Shown piece after piece: positions 25,870-35,092 of a DNA stretch of 64,000 bases. Both the position numbers and the translations under genes were made by a program. The DNA comes from a virus. The stretch lies in the IMG/VR virus record IMGVR_UViG_3300045988_036168. One strand, 5' to 3'. The notes beneath the pieces were generated by a model. The model was not told where the DNA came from and searched no databases. It was given only the letters and a program-made list of their open reading frames with translations. Each line of letters opens with the position of its first letter. The stretch's first letter is position 1.

Positions 25870-26100
25870 CTATCCCTCCTTCTTGTAAAGCGGGTCATCC
25901 TTGCCGAGCACGGGGTAGTCTACCTGCCCGCCTTTTTTGATGACGACCCGATATTTTTTGTTGATCCCCCGCCGCGCCCGGTTTGCCAAGACGTAAAAGC
26001 CGTCGAGGCTGGCGCATCCAAGGGCTTTCCGACACTCGGCCGCGTTGCCTCTGGTCAGCAGTTCGCCGCTGTATCGGTCATAGATTTCGTAATAATTCAT
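25870..26100 (-). CDS. hypothetical protein (76 aa)
   Basis: ORF track; 4-nt overlap with the upstream gene. Confidence 0.55.
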   Translation of the reverse strand: MNYYEIYDRYSGELLTRGNAAECRKALGCASLDGFYVLANRARRGINKKYRVVIKKGGQVDYPVLGKDDPLYKKEG

Positions 26101-26489
26101 CGCTCCACCTTCTCAATGCTGTCCATCGGCACCAACCGCTTCTTGTTCTCGGCGTAGTAAACGATGGCGAACGGCTTCGGGTTGATTGAGCTACATTGAA
26201 AGCCGCTTCTTCCGTACGGAGGGTCATTCCACTCACAAAAAAGTTCCGTGCAGAGCCATGTCACGCCGACGAAGACTCCGGTGAACAAAGCCGTTTTCGT
26301 GACGAACTTCTCGCAGGACTCGTAATCTTCAATCTCCTCGCCCTCCGTTGCGTCTTTCCTCCACAGTAGCGCCTTTCCTGCGTCTCCGTTGTCGATCTCG
26401 AAGTGATTGCCGCTCGGTCTGATGTATGCGCTGCATGATACTCGATCTCCGAGCCGCAGCTTCGACATTTCAGTCGTACTCGTAGTCAC
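26097..26489 (-). CDS. hypothetical protein (130 aa)
   Basis: ORF track; same operon. Confidence 0.55.
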   Translation of the reverse strand: MTTSTTEMSKLRLGDRVSCSAYIRPSGNHFEIDNGDAGKALLWRKDATEGEEIEDYESCEKFVTKTALFTGVFVGVTWLCTELFCEWNDPPYGRSGFQCSSINPKPFAIVYYAENKKRLVPMDSIEKVER

Positions 26490-26664
26490 CCAGTTTCACC
26501 TCCGTTTCGCAGTCGGGGCATTCGACGTAGCCCCAGTCGTCGCCCCAGCACTCAGGGACATCGAGTTCTCGCCACGGAACCGTGACTTCTCTGCCACAGT
26601 GCGGGCAAGTAAATGTGACCGATACCGGCTTCACGTCGATGTGGAAGCCTACCGCTTTGCTCAT
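26470..26664 (-). CDS. small zinc-ribbon protein (64 aa)
   Basis: ORF track 26470..26727 trimmed to MSKAVGFHIDV... after AAAGGAGG; CPHCG...CPDC. Confidence 0.55.
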   Translation of the reverse strand: MSKAVGFHIDVKPVSVTFTCPHCGREVTVPWRELDVPECWGDDWGYVECPDCETEVKLGDYEYD

Positions 26665-26802
26665 GGCCACGCCTCCTTTCTCTGTGGTATTTTGAATTAG
26701 CCAAGCGGCAACCAGAGGGTAGAGCAAGGCTCTACATCCTCTGGAGCATCACGCAATGATGAAAGTATTGCCGTCCACGGCTGGAATCGCTCTATTCGGG
26801 TC

Positions 26803-27564
26803 TTACATCGGCTTTCTGATCTTGACGATGCGGGTAACGACATCTGTGCCACTTTCGCGGAACGCCCCCGGCTCCAGCTTGATCGTCTGAGCATACACGC
26901 TGCCGAGGAAGTCTCTGAACTCTACGGACTTCTTATCGCTGCGGAAGAACGTGCTCTCGCACATGATTGCAACCAGAACGCCGCCGGCATCCAGCAAATC
27001 GTAGGCATGGCGCACATGGTCGATGTCCTGATGGCGCGTAAAGGGCGGGTTCATCACGACGCGGTTGATAGCGCCGATTTCCTTCTTCGTCACGTCCAGA
27101 AAATCGCGGTAGCTCACGCCATAGGGCTTCTCGGACAGATACCGCTTCATGTCGGTGTTCAGCTCGAAACAGCACATACCGGCGGGCAAATGCTCCCAAA
27201 TGACATCCGCCAGTTGGCCGTTGCCGCAGGACGGCTCCAGTACCTCGGATGCGCTGTCGATCTCTGCCATCTCGCACATTCGCTCGGCGACGGCGCGGGG
27301 CGTCGGGAAGAACTGATACTCGCGCTTCAGGTCTTTCACTTCCTGCGTGAGCATGACGTTCTCCAGCATCTCCGCCACATTGTCATCCTCAGCGAAGACG
27401 TGGGCCTTTGCCTTTCGGTTCCACTTGCCGCCCATGTTCTCCAGAACCTTGTTGACCTCCGTGTAGGTCTTGCGGTCAAGCTGAACACTCGGCAGGTAAA
27501 GCAGGTTTCCGTCCGCTCTGCACTCGCCCAGCACGTTCAGCACATTCTCAGGGATCTTTGCCAT
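26803..27564 (-). CDS. N6-adenine DNA methyltransferase (motif I before NPPF, gamma-type order)
   Basis: SAM motif VLEPSCGNGQLADVI and catalytic VVMNPPFT; N-terminal LDRKTYTEVNKVLENMGGKWNRKAKAHVF module. Confidence 0.65.
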   Translation of the reverse strand: MAKIPENVLNVLGECRADGNLLYLPSVQLDRKTYTEVNKVLENMGGKWNRKAKAHVFAEDDNVAEMLENVMLTQEVKDLKREYQFFPTPRAVAERMCEMAEIDSASEVLEPSCGNGQLADVIWEHLPAGMCCFELNTDMKRYLSEKPYGVSYRDFLDVTKKEIGAINRVVMNPPFTRHQDIDHVRHAYDLLDAGGVLVAIMCESTFFRSDKKSVEFRDFLGSVYAQTIKLEPGAFRESGTDVVTRIVKIRKPM

Positions 27565-27578
27565 TTGTTTCGTCCTCC

Positions 27579-27917
27579 TTATTTTTTCACCGGCCGCGCT
27601 CCGATGAACTCCTCGGCCAGTTGTTGATACTCTTCTGGCGTGATATACCCACGCCGCTTCTGCTGCTTCCAGTAGGCCATGATCTCGTCGTACCGAGTCT
27701 TCAGCGAGGCGTATCGTCCATAGGCGCCGTTCAGCTCATGGCAGATCCGCTCCAGCTCAACTCGCTTCTCCGCGAAGTTCTCAGCCAGTTCAAGGCTCGG
27801 TGCCCGTCCAAGTCTCGCAGACCCACAGGCGCAACACATCTTCGGCGCTATGCCCTGCACGGCAAAGGCAGCTCCGCAGTCAAGGCATATCCACTTTTGC
27901 TGCCGTCCTCTTGCCAT
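27579..27917 (-). CDS. zinc-ribbon plus coiled-coil protein (112 aa)
   Basis: ORF track; CLDCG...CCACG. Confidence 0.55.
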   Translation of the reverse strand: MARGRQQKWICLDCGAAFAVQGIAPKMCCACGSARLGRAPSLELAENFAEKRVELERICHELNGAYGRYASLKTRYDEIMAYWKQQKRRGYITPEEYQQLAEEFIGARPVKK

Positions 27918-27932
27918 TCAGGCTACCTCCTA

Positions 27933-28172
27933 TCACACAGGTTTTTTCCACCGGCATCCGCGGCAGGCTCCTTCGTGTTCCTGCTTGTACTTACCGCACA
28001 TATAGCACAGTTCATTGACAGCCGTGCGGTACTCTTGCTCCAGCTTGCGGATCTCGGCCGGTTCGCGTTCTGTGTCTTCATAGTCGGCCAGCCGGTAAAA
28101 CACAGCCTCAACCGTCGTGCTGGTCGGCTGCGATACCGTGCCGTCGCTGTTGCGTATCGTCAGGCGTTCCAT
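27933..28172 (-). CDS. hypothetical protein (79 aa), Cys-rich C-terminus
   Basis: ORF track 27933..28355 trimmed to MERLTIRNSDGTV... after GGAGGTG. Confidence 0.5.
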   Translation of the reverse strand: MERLTIRNSDGTVSQPTSTTVEAVFYRLADYEDTEREPAEIRKLEQEYRTAVNELCYMCGKYKQEHEGACRGCRWKKPV

Positions 28173-28174
28173 CG

Positions 28175-28618
28175 TCACACCTCCTGATACCGGATGGGCC
28201 TCTCGCCGCGTTCGTCGAAGTCGAGGCAGGCTTTTTTCGACTGGCAACAATAAAGCGGCGTCCCAGCTCGCGGGTAATGCTTGTTCTTGCGAACCTCGCA
28301 GATGCCTGACGCCTTCATAGGCTCTCTGAGGAAGTGATGGCACTGCCCGCAACATTGGCCGAGGCTCTCAGGTCTGACCTTCAGCCGCCCCTCCTTCTCC
28401 GCTTTGAGCAGGTCGAGAACGTGCTGAAGGCTCATGCCGTCGCGGATCAGCTCGTCCTCAAACTTCCTGTACTCCGCGCAGGCTTCAGCCGGGATGTTGG
28501 CATCCTCGTACATTTTCAACACTCCGAGCGCCTTTTCAACCGTTTTGATCTCCTCAGGCTCAAAGCAAAAATCCTGCTCATTGATGATGTCTTGCAGCCT
28601 CTTCGCGTATTTCTCCAT
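28175..28618 (-). CDS. hypothetical protein (147 aa)
   Basis: ORF track; Cys-rich C-terminal half. Confidence 0.55.
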   Translation of the reverse strand: MEKYAKRLQDIINEQDFCFEPEEIKTVEKALGVLKMYEDANIPAEACAEYRKFEDELIRDGMSLQHVLDLLKAEKEGRLKVRPESLGQCCGQCHHFLREPMKASGICEVRKNKHYPRAGTPLYCCQSKKACLDFDERGERPIRYQEV

Positions 28619-28619
28619 C

Positions 28620-28961
28620 TCAATACTCCTTTACTTCCGGTTCGTCGAGCCGTGCGCCGCAATGCTGGCAGAACGGCTCTGTGCAATTCACTTCTTCTCC
28701 GCAGTTGGAACAATGCGCATCTCCCAGCCAGTCGATGACGAGGTGTGCGTGGATCTGCTCCGGTCGGCACTCAATGATACTGCCGCCCTTGCTCGCTCTC
28801 CTGTTCCACACTTCGATTTTGTCCGCCTTAATTACAAAACCGGAAAGAACGCAGCCGTTGTACCAGTGCTTCCACTCCCCACGGTTTGCCGTTCTCATGA
28901 TTGCGCCCATAGGCTTATTGTCTGCGCCACAGAACGGGCAGGGCTTCAGTTTTACTTCCAT
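28620..28961 (-). CDS. Lar-like (restriction alleviation family) zinc-ribbon protein with an extra C-terminal zinc ribbon
   Basis: ORF track trimmed to MEVKLKPCPFCGADNKP...KIEVWNRRA (the KPCPFCG...WNRR pattern of Lar-family proteins) after GGAGG; C-terminal CSNCG...CQHCG. Confidence 0.45.
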   Translation of the reverse strand: MEVKLKPCPFCGADNKPMGAIMRTANRGEWKHWYNGCVLSGFVIKADKIEVWNRRASKGGSIIECRPEQIHAHLVIDWLGDAHCSNCGEEVNCTEPFCQHCGARLDEPEVKEY

Positions 28962-29182
28962 TGTTCCGCCTCCATCTGCTCTATCTGGGCGCACAGTTCA
29001 TCCGTTACGTCATTACCGTAGCTGAGTTCTTCGTAACCCCAGCCACCGCCATCGCTCAATTTCTCCACATCTATCCCGTTCCGTTCCAACCAGAGTCCCA
29101 CTTCACGGTCAAGATTGCTTGCCATTCCTGCGTAGAGTGCAATCCGGTGCATCTTCTCGCGGATATGCTTCGGCACTTTCAT
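28952..29182 (-). CDS. hypothetical protein (76 aa)
   Basis: ORF track 28952..29341 trimmed to MKVPKHIREKMHRIALY... Confidence 0.45.
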   Translation of the reverse strand: MKVPKHIREKMHRIALYAGMASNLDREVGLWLERNGIDVEKLSDGGGWGYEELSYGNDVTDELCAQIEQMEAEQWK

Positions 29183-29202
29183 TCCGTTTCTTCGCACTCC
29201 TC

Positions 29203-29877
29203 TCAATCGCAGTCCACATACCACCATCCGGTGCATCTGTCTTCTTCGCCAGACCGTGCATCTTCTACCGGGTCGTAATACCCGGTATGAAAAACAACTT
29301 CTTCGCCCTGTGCGGCGTAGAGCTGGAAAAGCAGGTCGCACATGGCGTCCACAATGGCTTCCGTCTTACACATCAGCTCGTCGCCGTTTCCCCAAACCTC
29401 GCCATCTGAATAGTCCCGCATCCGACTCAGGAACAACTCGAACCAGTCGATTTTTTCCCGCGCGTCAATGTGTTTGACGGGCGGATGGTCTGCCGCCCAG
29501 AAGTCAACTCCTTGGAAGTTATCAGCGTCGAGGATATACTCGCCATTTTTCCAGCGGCGTTCAACTTCGCGCAGGGCCGCCTCCTCGCTTTCTGCCTCCA
29601 CCGCCACCTGTGTCTCAAGTGTCTCGCGGATGTTGATGCTGAACTCTTTCTTCTGCGGCTGATTCTTCCAGCACTCAGGGCAAAGCACGTTGTCCGTTTC
29701 GGACAGCATCTTTCTGAAATCCTCTTCGCCGCAGGCTTTCTTGAAACAGTTCGTGCAGAAGTGTTTCCCGCACCGTTCGCACTCCCACACATCCCCGCGG
29801 TGGTCGTCGTGCGCGTCCCACTTTTCACGGAACCCGCAGATGTCGCACTCGTATTCGTCACTTCCCATTAAGTACAT
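29203..29877 (-). CDS. hypothetical protein with N-terminal double zinc ribbon
   Basis: ORF track 29203..29928 trimmed to MYLMGSDEYECDICG...CERCGKHFCTNC... after GAGGAGG. Confidence 0.5.
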   Translation of the reverse strand: MYLMGSDEYECDICGFREKWDAHDDHRGDVWECERCGKHFCTNCFKKACGEEDFRKMLSETDNVLCPECWKNQPQKKEFSINIRETLETQVAVEAESEEAALREVERRWKNGEYILDADNFQGVDFWAADHPPVKHIDAREKIDWFELFLSRMRDYSDGEVWGNGDELMCKTEAIVDAMCDLLFQLYAAQGEEVVFHTGYYDPVEDARSGEEDRCTGWWYVDCD

Positions 29878-29887
29878 ATCGTCCTCC

Positions 29888-30163
29888 TCAGTAATCGAAA
29901 CAGGCCATATAGAAGTGAATTTTCCCATCCTTGATTTCGTGGGTGCAGCACTTCCACAGGTCGTGGTAGAGGAACCACACGGTTCCCATCTCGTTCAGGT
30001 ATTCCAGATTGAAGTCCTTCAGGTACTTTCTGAGGACGTCGTTCACGCTCTCGCTGCCCTTCTGCAGTTCCAGAGGAACATTGAACCACGGAACCTCTGC
30101 GGTGATGGGGCCACGGGGCTTGCGCTTCTGGAAGTCAGCGCACAGATCATCAAACCTCGCCAT
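29888..30163 (-). CDS. hypothetical protein (91 aa)
   Basis: ORF track. Confidence 0.55.
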   Translation of the reverse strand: MARFDDLCADFQKRKPRGPITAEVPWFNVPLELQKGSESVNDVLRKYLKDFNLEYLNEMGTVWFLYHDLWKCCTHEIKDGKIHFYMACFDY

Positions 30164-30446
30164 CGTCCCCGCCTCCGCAATATTCGTTGTAGATGCGCTT
30201 CAGCTCTCGCGCAACGATGCCGTCCTCAATGTCCTCCAACAGATCATCGAGATTCCACCGCGCCAACTCAAGCCGCTGCCTTACCTGCTCTTTGTTGGCG
30301 CGGCGGTATTCCGCTGGCAGGTCGGGGGCATTTTTGAGGATGCTCTGGCACAGCTCGATTTCGCCGCAAAGCTCTTCGAGCCGATGGGCCACCCGCGAAA
30401 CCATGCAGTCGTCATGCACGAGCAGGGTCTTTCCTTTTCCAATCAT
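30150..30446 (-). CDS. hypothetical protein (98 aa)
   Basis: ORF track; ATGA coupling upstream. Confidence 0.55.
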   Translation of the reverse strand: MIGKGKTLLVHDDCMVSRVAHRLEELCGEIELCQSILKNAPDLPAEYRRANKEQVRQRLELARWNLDDLLEDIEDGIVARELKRIYNEYCGGGDDGEV

Positions 30447-30751
30447 TCCGCATTCTCCTTTCCTACGAAAATGCCGGCGTACACAGCGCCGTCAATCAGG
30501 TAATGGTAGAACTGATGTCCCTCAGGAACCTCGTCTACCGCCAGCTTCGTCTTCCGCATCACCAGCGGATGGGTGCCGACCATGACAACATACTCGCCAT
30601 CTGGCACGAGCTGCTTCATCCACTCGCTCGGCTTTTCCGAGCTGTGCGTCGTGTGGTCGAACAGGCTGATAGCCGGTGTTCCCGTAATGGGCAGAGGTGC
30701 AAAGAACGTCATCTGTTCCCACGCTCCACCGGCAATCATGCCGTTACTCAT
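30443..30751 (-). CDS. hypothetical protein (102 aa)
   Basis: ORF track 30443..30886 trimmed to MSNGMIAGGAWEQ... (8-nt overlap with the upstream stop). Confidence 0.45.
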   Translation of the reverse strand: MSNGMIAGGAWEQMTFFAPLPITGTPAISLFDHTTHSSEKPSEWMKQLVPDGEYVVMVGTHPLVMRKTKLAVDEVPEGHQFYHYLIDGAVYAGIFVGKENAE

Positions 30752-30995
30752 ACTGCGCACGTCCCTTCTTGGCCTCGGCCATGATTTCCTCGATGTTGTT
30801 TCGGAGCAAGAAGCGGTAGTCCTGCATCCGCTCCTCCAAAATCTCGGCCGCCTCTCTGCGAACAGCCTCAGGTGTGATGCTCTCACAGTTGCAATGTACG
30901 GCCAGAATCAGATCCTTGAACGTGAACCCGTCGAGGATGTTGTCCTCGGCGCTCACATCGTCGCCCAGCTTCCATCTCTTGCTTTCAGTCTCCAT
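30744..30995 (-). CDS. hypothetical protein (83 aa)
   Basis: ORF track 30744..31022 trimmed to METESKRWKLG... after GGAGGAAACAGGG. Confidence 0.5.
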   Translation of the reverse strand: METESKRWKLGDDVSAEDNILDGFTFKDLILAVHCNCESITPEAVRREAAEILEERMQDYRFLLRNNIEEIMAEAKKGRAQYE

Positions 30996-31356
30996 CCCTG
31001 TTTCCTCCAAATACCGCCTCAATGGCTTCGTACCAAGTCGTATTCTCGCCGACGTTGCAATCGGTCTTCTGGAAGAAGTAGCTCACGATCTCAGGGATGC
31101 TCTCCTTAGCCTCCTCGAAGGTGATGCCGTAACTGGTTTCAAACTCTTTCTCGTATTCGGCTCGGTCTTCGTCGGAAACGGCGTCCAGATCTTCGATACC
31201 GAACGCATACGAGGTCAGCATACGGAGCGCGTCCGCTTTGCGATACTGCATCTCCTGATACCGGTACGCCGCCTCGATTTCTTCCGGGGCCATCCGGTAG
31301 GACTTGCCATAATACTCGAAGTCGATCAGCTCTCTGGTGTTTTCCATCGTAATCAT
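30985..31356 (-). CDS. hypothetical protein (123 aa)
   Basis: ORF track 30985..31506 trimmed to MITMENTRELIDFEYYG... (ATGA coupling at 31353-31356). Confidence 0.5.
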   Translation of the reverse strand: MITMENTRELIDFEYYGKSYRMAPEEIEAAYRYQEMQYRKADALRMLTSYAFGIEDLDAVSDEDRAEYEKEFETSYGITFEEAKESIPEIVSYFFQKTDCNVGENTTWYEAIEAVFGGNRDGD

Positions 31357-32315
31357 TTTGCTTCCTCCTGAATTACCTTCTGAACCAGCTCGTTCATGCA
31401 GTCGAAAAACCGCTGTGAGCAGGCAGCGCCTTTGGCCTTGTAATACTGCAGACCGTCGCACCTGCCGTCTTTGATGGTGACGTTCGCCAGCTTGCTGCAG
31501 ATCCAACCCTGCGTTCTCAGGGGAACGCCCACTTTGTACCGGCGCATGAGGAGCAAAACAATCGGCTCGTTGTGTCCGACATCCCCCACGCGGTAGTCGA
31601 TGCGGTCGTTGTTCAGGCGCCCACCCTCTCGGATGATTTTGACGGCTGCCTCGATCTCCTGCTTTGCCTTTGCATTTATCTCCTCGGCCTCTCGGTGCCG
31701 CTTCTCCGCCTCTTCTGCGGCTATTTTTTCTTTCTCTTTCTGGATGTACTCCTGATGGGCCTCAGACAGCTTCACGCACTCGTCTAACTTGTTCAAGACG
31801 CAGGCTCCGACATAATCGGGATGTGTCAGGCCGCCGTTCTTCTCGCTCTGGAGATAGAACTTAACGTGGCTTGCAAGTTGCTTACTGATGCTGGCAACCC
31901 ACCTCTCAGGCTGGCTCCCAAGGCGCGTAACGACTTCTTCCTCTCGCTTCATTGCCTCGGACACGCTGGTCGGCTGGTTCCACCCATCCCGTTCTCTCAG
32001 CTCATTGAAGAAGGCGATCCGCCCCTCTTTGCTGCCGTACAGTTCGTTCACCGCGGGCAGGTAGCCGCAGTTGTCGATCATCTGGAACTCCGTCATGCGC
32101 AACGGAATCAGGTAATTGTTCACCTCAACGTGCAGTATATAGCGGTCATTGTCGCACCGCGGGTACTCTATCTCAGGCTTTCCGTCCTTGCGCCACAGCC
32201 GATAGGTCGTGGTTCCGTCGGCAACCTCCTTGATGAACACAGCTCGCATCCGACGGCCGGTGCGATTATACATACCGCCGTCGAACAGCGGTGTCATCAA
32301 TTTTACTTCAGGCAT
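31353..32315 (-). CDS. hypothetical protein (320 aa) with central coiled coil
   Basis: ORF track; no family recognised. Confidence 0.6.
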   Translation of the reverse strand: MPEVKLMTPLFDGGMYNRTGRRMRAVFIKEVADGTTTYRLWRKDGKPEIEYPRCDNDRYILHVEVNNYLIPLRMTEFQMIDNCGYLPAVNELYGSKEGRIAFFNELRERDGWNQPTSVSEAMKREEEVVTRLGSQPERWVASISKQLASHVKFYLQSEKNGGLTHPDYVGACVLNKLDECVKLSEAHQEYIQKEKEKIAAEEAEKRHREAEEINAKAKQEIEAAVKIIREGGRLNNDRIDYRVGDVGHNEPIVLLLMRRYKVGVPLRTQGWICSKLANVTIKDGRCDGLQYYKAKGAACSQRFFDCMNELVQKVIQEEAK

Positions 32316-32317
32316 CT

Positions 32318-32869
32318 TTATCCCTCCCTAAAATTCGGATTGAAGGTGTCGCTGTACGCGGCTGTTTCATTCCAGTCGTCGTACCGCACCTTCTCGGTTT
32401 GCTTCCCATGTCGGAACGTGATGTTCGGGCGGATGTGGTTCCCATCTTCCCACCAGCCCTGATGCTTATAGCAGGTCAGCCAGCGGGCAAACGGTTCTCT
32501 GCAAAGCTGCCGCATGAGGTATCCGCCATTATCCATTCTTCGCCAGATCTCTGTATCTGTACCTTCCAAGACGCACACAAACTCGACATCAACCGTCTTT
32601 GGCGGATTCCGGGTCGTGTCATTCTTGTAGGCGTTCCATGACACCTTCGGGAACCATTCGTCGCAGAGCTTGCTATACTCCATCGTCGAGTTCTCAGCGA
32701 TATACCGCTCACCGAGTACGTCGATTTCTTCCTCTTTCATGTAGAGCTTGCCAGAGTTGCCGTCGGCGTCGGTGAATACGACCGTCTTGCGCCCCGTCAA
32801 AACGGCGCTGTTGTTGCCTCCGTACGGGGCCGCCTCTTCGGGCGTGATGTCTCTGATCTCGATTTGCAT
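32318..32869 (-). CDS. hypothetical protein (183 aa)
   Basis: ORF track. Confidence 0.6.
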   Translation of the reverse strand: MQIEIRDITPEEAAPYGGNNSAVLTGRKTVVFTDADGNSGKLYMKEEEIDVLGERYIAENSTMEYSKLCDEWFPKVSWNAYKNDTTRNPPKTVDVEFVCVLEGTDTEIWRRMDNGGYLMRQLCREPFARWLTCYKHQGWWEDGNHIRPNITFRHGKQTEKVRYDDWNETAAYSDTFNPNFREG

Positions 32870-32873
32870 ATCC

Positions 32874-33278
32874 TCACCTCCATTGAAGCGAACGCATAAA
32901 CGGAAGGGCTTTCTTCATTCGTTCAACCTCTCTCCACCTCGAACTCCCCGGCTGCGCCGTCTTATTCTTCTCAACGTAGCGTTCCATTTCCTCCAGAGTT
33001 CCGGGACCGTATCCAATAGCGTCGAGGATGGTCTTGGCTCCATCGCAACGTATGGCCTTCAGCGAATCGAGGTCGATGCTCCGACCGCCCGGAAACGGCT
33101 GATACTGTGACAGCCGGCACAGTGGGAGATACTTTCCTGCTATTGGATAGCGGATGTTCCAGACCATATAGCCATGCGGTACGGCGTTCACGATCTCGTA
33201 TGTATGCTCAGGGAACGTGCCGAGCCGTTCTGTGACGCGCCGGCCGTCCGCAGAGAACGTTACTTCATACTCGTTCAT
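32874..33278 (-). CDS. hypothetical protein (134 aa)
   Basis: ORF track 32874..33545 trimmed to MNEYEVTFSADGRRV...; the longer form would overlap the upstream gene. Confidence 0.5.
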   Translation of the reverse strand: MNEYEVTFSADGRRVTERLGTFPEHTYEIVNAVPHGYMVWNIRYPIAGKYLPLCRLSQYQPFPGGRSIDLDSLKAIRCDGAKTILDAIGYGPGTLEEMERYVEKNKTAQPGSSRWREVERMKKALPFMRSLQWR

Positions 33279-33291
33279 CTTCCGCTCCTCC

Positions 33292-33732
33292 TTAGAACGA
33301 AAATCCCGCCGCTTCGCGTAGCTCCTTTGCCGCCACCTCAAGCCCGTGTCGGAGCCGCTCGTCGTTTTCGATCCGCTCCATCGTAAAGCCGCAGGCTTCC
33401 ACGGTTTCCTCGACCTCACAGGTGTAGGTGTACTCGTGATCGCGAAGCTCGTACAGAAACATATCCTTGATGAACCCATCTCCGGTTTCATCTGCCTGGA
33501 TGGCGTCCTCCACTTCCTTGAAGTTTCGGGCCAGCGTATCGGCAATCATCTGCGCATCTTTGGCGAGGCAGAAGCCGCCGCCAAAGGTATTGCAGAGCTT
33601 ATCGGTGTCGTTCTTCGTAAGCCCCAGTTCCTTCAGGACTTCGTCGAAGCGTTCCTCTGTGAACGCCCAGTAAATCGGAAGTGCGTTGACTTCCTCCTGA
33701 TGGCGTTTCTTCATTTCTGCGTATGTGTTCAC
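33292..33732 (-). CDS. hypothetical protein (~146 aa)
   Basis: ORF track 33292..33888 trimmed to the GTG at 33732 (GTGA coupling, AAAGGAGG 10 nt upstream); alternative ATG at 33714. Confidence 0.45.
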   Translation of the reverse strand: MNTYAEMKKRHQEEVNALPIYWAFTEERFDEVLKELGLTKNDTDKLCNTFGGGFCLAKDAQMIADTLARNFKEVEDAIQADETGDGFIKDMFLYELRDHEYTYTCEVEETVEACGFTMERIENDERLRHGLEVAAKELREAAGFSF

Positions 33733-33920
33733 CGTTCGATGGCCTCCTTTGCATTTTCGTTGACCGTTATCGGCGTCGTATGGTGAAGCCGCGTCCGCTT
33801 CACCATGAACTTCTTCTTGCAGTAGAAACACGGAACCTTGTAGTTCCCGTTCCATCCTACCATGTTCGCTCTCCCGCAATGTGGGCAATCAATGATGCCA
33901 AGCACCGGCTTGTTCGCCAT
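33729..33920 (-). CDS. small zinc-ribbon protein (63 aa)
   Basis: ORF track 33729..34034 trimmed to MANKPVLGIIDCPHCG...CFYCKKKF after GAGGAGGGA. Confidence 0.5.
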   Translation of the reverse strand: MANKPVLGIIDCPHCGRANMVGWNGNYKVPCFYCKKKFMVKRTRLHHTTPITVNENAKEAIER

Positions 33921-33934
33921 AGCTCGTTCCCTCC

Positions 33935-34711
33935 TCAATACCAAATCAGGTTGATACCGCCGAGCTGCTCCACGCGGCCGGTCATCGCCTCCACGTCCAC
34001 AAGTTTCTTTGGCAGCCGCTCGTCTTCGTTCCACGCTCGGATCAGTTTCTCCAACTCCTTATCGGGAGCTGGTACGGCGAAGTCGCACCCGAAATTGTAG
34101 ACCATCTGATCGAGCAACTCCTCGTAGATGCCTTCCTTGCCGGCCACAACCTTCTTTCTCTGGTCGCCGTGAAAATTGATGCTGCCGAGGAACAGTCGCC
34201 CGTGCATCATCTTCAGCGCCCGCAACTGTTCGCGGTTCCAGTCGTTGTATGTGGCATCAGCTTCTCTCGGTTCCAGATACCCGCCGGTGCTGCGGATGTA
34301 ATCGAACTGCATCTTTCTGGCGAATGCGAACGTGATGCTGCCCTCCAGCTTGGTCTTCCAGTCCAGACTTCTCAGGTTCAGTTTTCCGTTGTTTGCCCAG
34401 CCCATGTCGAGCTGGCCGTTTGCGTCGCTGTTCTCGAACGACCAGAAATGGTCACGATACACGCACTCGCTGTTGACGTTCACGCCCCTGTCCTTGGCCT
34501 CAGAGCGGGAATAGCGAACCGGCTGACGGTCAACCTCGCGGTTGTGCTCCTCGTCCTCCTTCAGATAGAACAAAACCGTGTTCTTATCTCTCTCGGCCCC
34601 GTGATAGCTCGGGCGATAAGCGACCACGCCCAGCTTCTCCGCGATCTCGTCGAGGGTTTTCTGCTGCTGCGTGTACCAGACGTCAGCCGCCGTTACCAAC
34701 TTCATCGTCAT
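33935..34711 (-). CDS. hypothetical protein (258 aa)
   Basis: ORF track; no family recognised. Confidence 0.6.
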   Translation of the reverse strand: MTMKLVTAADVWYTQQQKTLDEIAEKLGVVAYRPSYHGAERDKNTVLFYLKEDEEHNREVDRQPVRYSRSEAKDRGVNVNSECVYRDHFWSFENSDANGQLDMGWANNGKLNLRSLDWKTKLEGSITFAFARKMQFDYIRSTGGYLEPREADATYNDWNREQLRALKMMHGRLFLGSINFHGDQRKKVVAGKEGIYEELLDQMVYNFGCDFAVPAPDKELEKLIRAWNEDERLPKKLVDVEAMTGRVEQLGGINLIWY

Positions 34712-34838
34712 CCTCTCCTTTCAAGGTCATTTCGTCTGTGAATATCAGTCGGCCGCATCCGTTGCAAACGAACCCGCCGCTGTCGAGCCTGATCCAATCA
34801 GTGCAACCGCACTCCGGGCAGGCCGCGAAAATCTTCAT
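34683..34838 (-). CDS. small zinc-ribbon protein (51 aa)
   Basis: Not in the ORF track. MKIFAACPECGCTDWIRLDSGGFVCNGCGRLIF...; ATGA coupling with the upstream stop at 34835; its 3' end overlaps the next gene's start. Confidence 0.45.
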   Translation of the reverse strand: MKIFAACPECGCTDWIRLDSGGFVCNGCGRLIFTDEMTLKGEDDDEVGNGG

Positions 34839-35092
34839 GCCGCCATCCTCCGTTCGTAGTCCTTGATTTCCTCAAGCGTCAGCCACTCAGGCTTGCCGCT
34901 TTCTGGGAAGCTCCACCAAAGGGCTTTCATGTACTCGATATGGTCGGCTACGTTGCCGGCCCAAAGATACTTCGTGACTCGGTTGCCGCACCCGAGGAAA
35001 TACTCGCAATCCTGCTTCATACGGTCGAGCATCTGGTATCTGAGCTGCAGGCTCCACGCCAGAACCGTGCCGACCTTATCAGCCACGGCCAT
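34835..35092 (-). CDS. hypothetical protein (85 aa)
   Basis: ORF track 34835..35122 trimmed to MAVADKVGTVLAWS... (TAATG 1-nt overlap with the upstream stop). Confidence 0.5.
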   Translation of the reverse strand: MAVADKVGTVLAWSLQLRYQMLDRMKQDCEYFLGCGNRVTKYLWAGNVADHIEYMKALWWSFPESGKPEWLTLEEIKDYERRMAA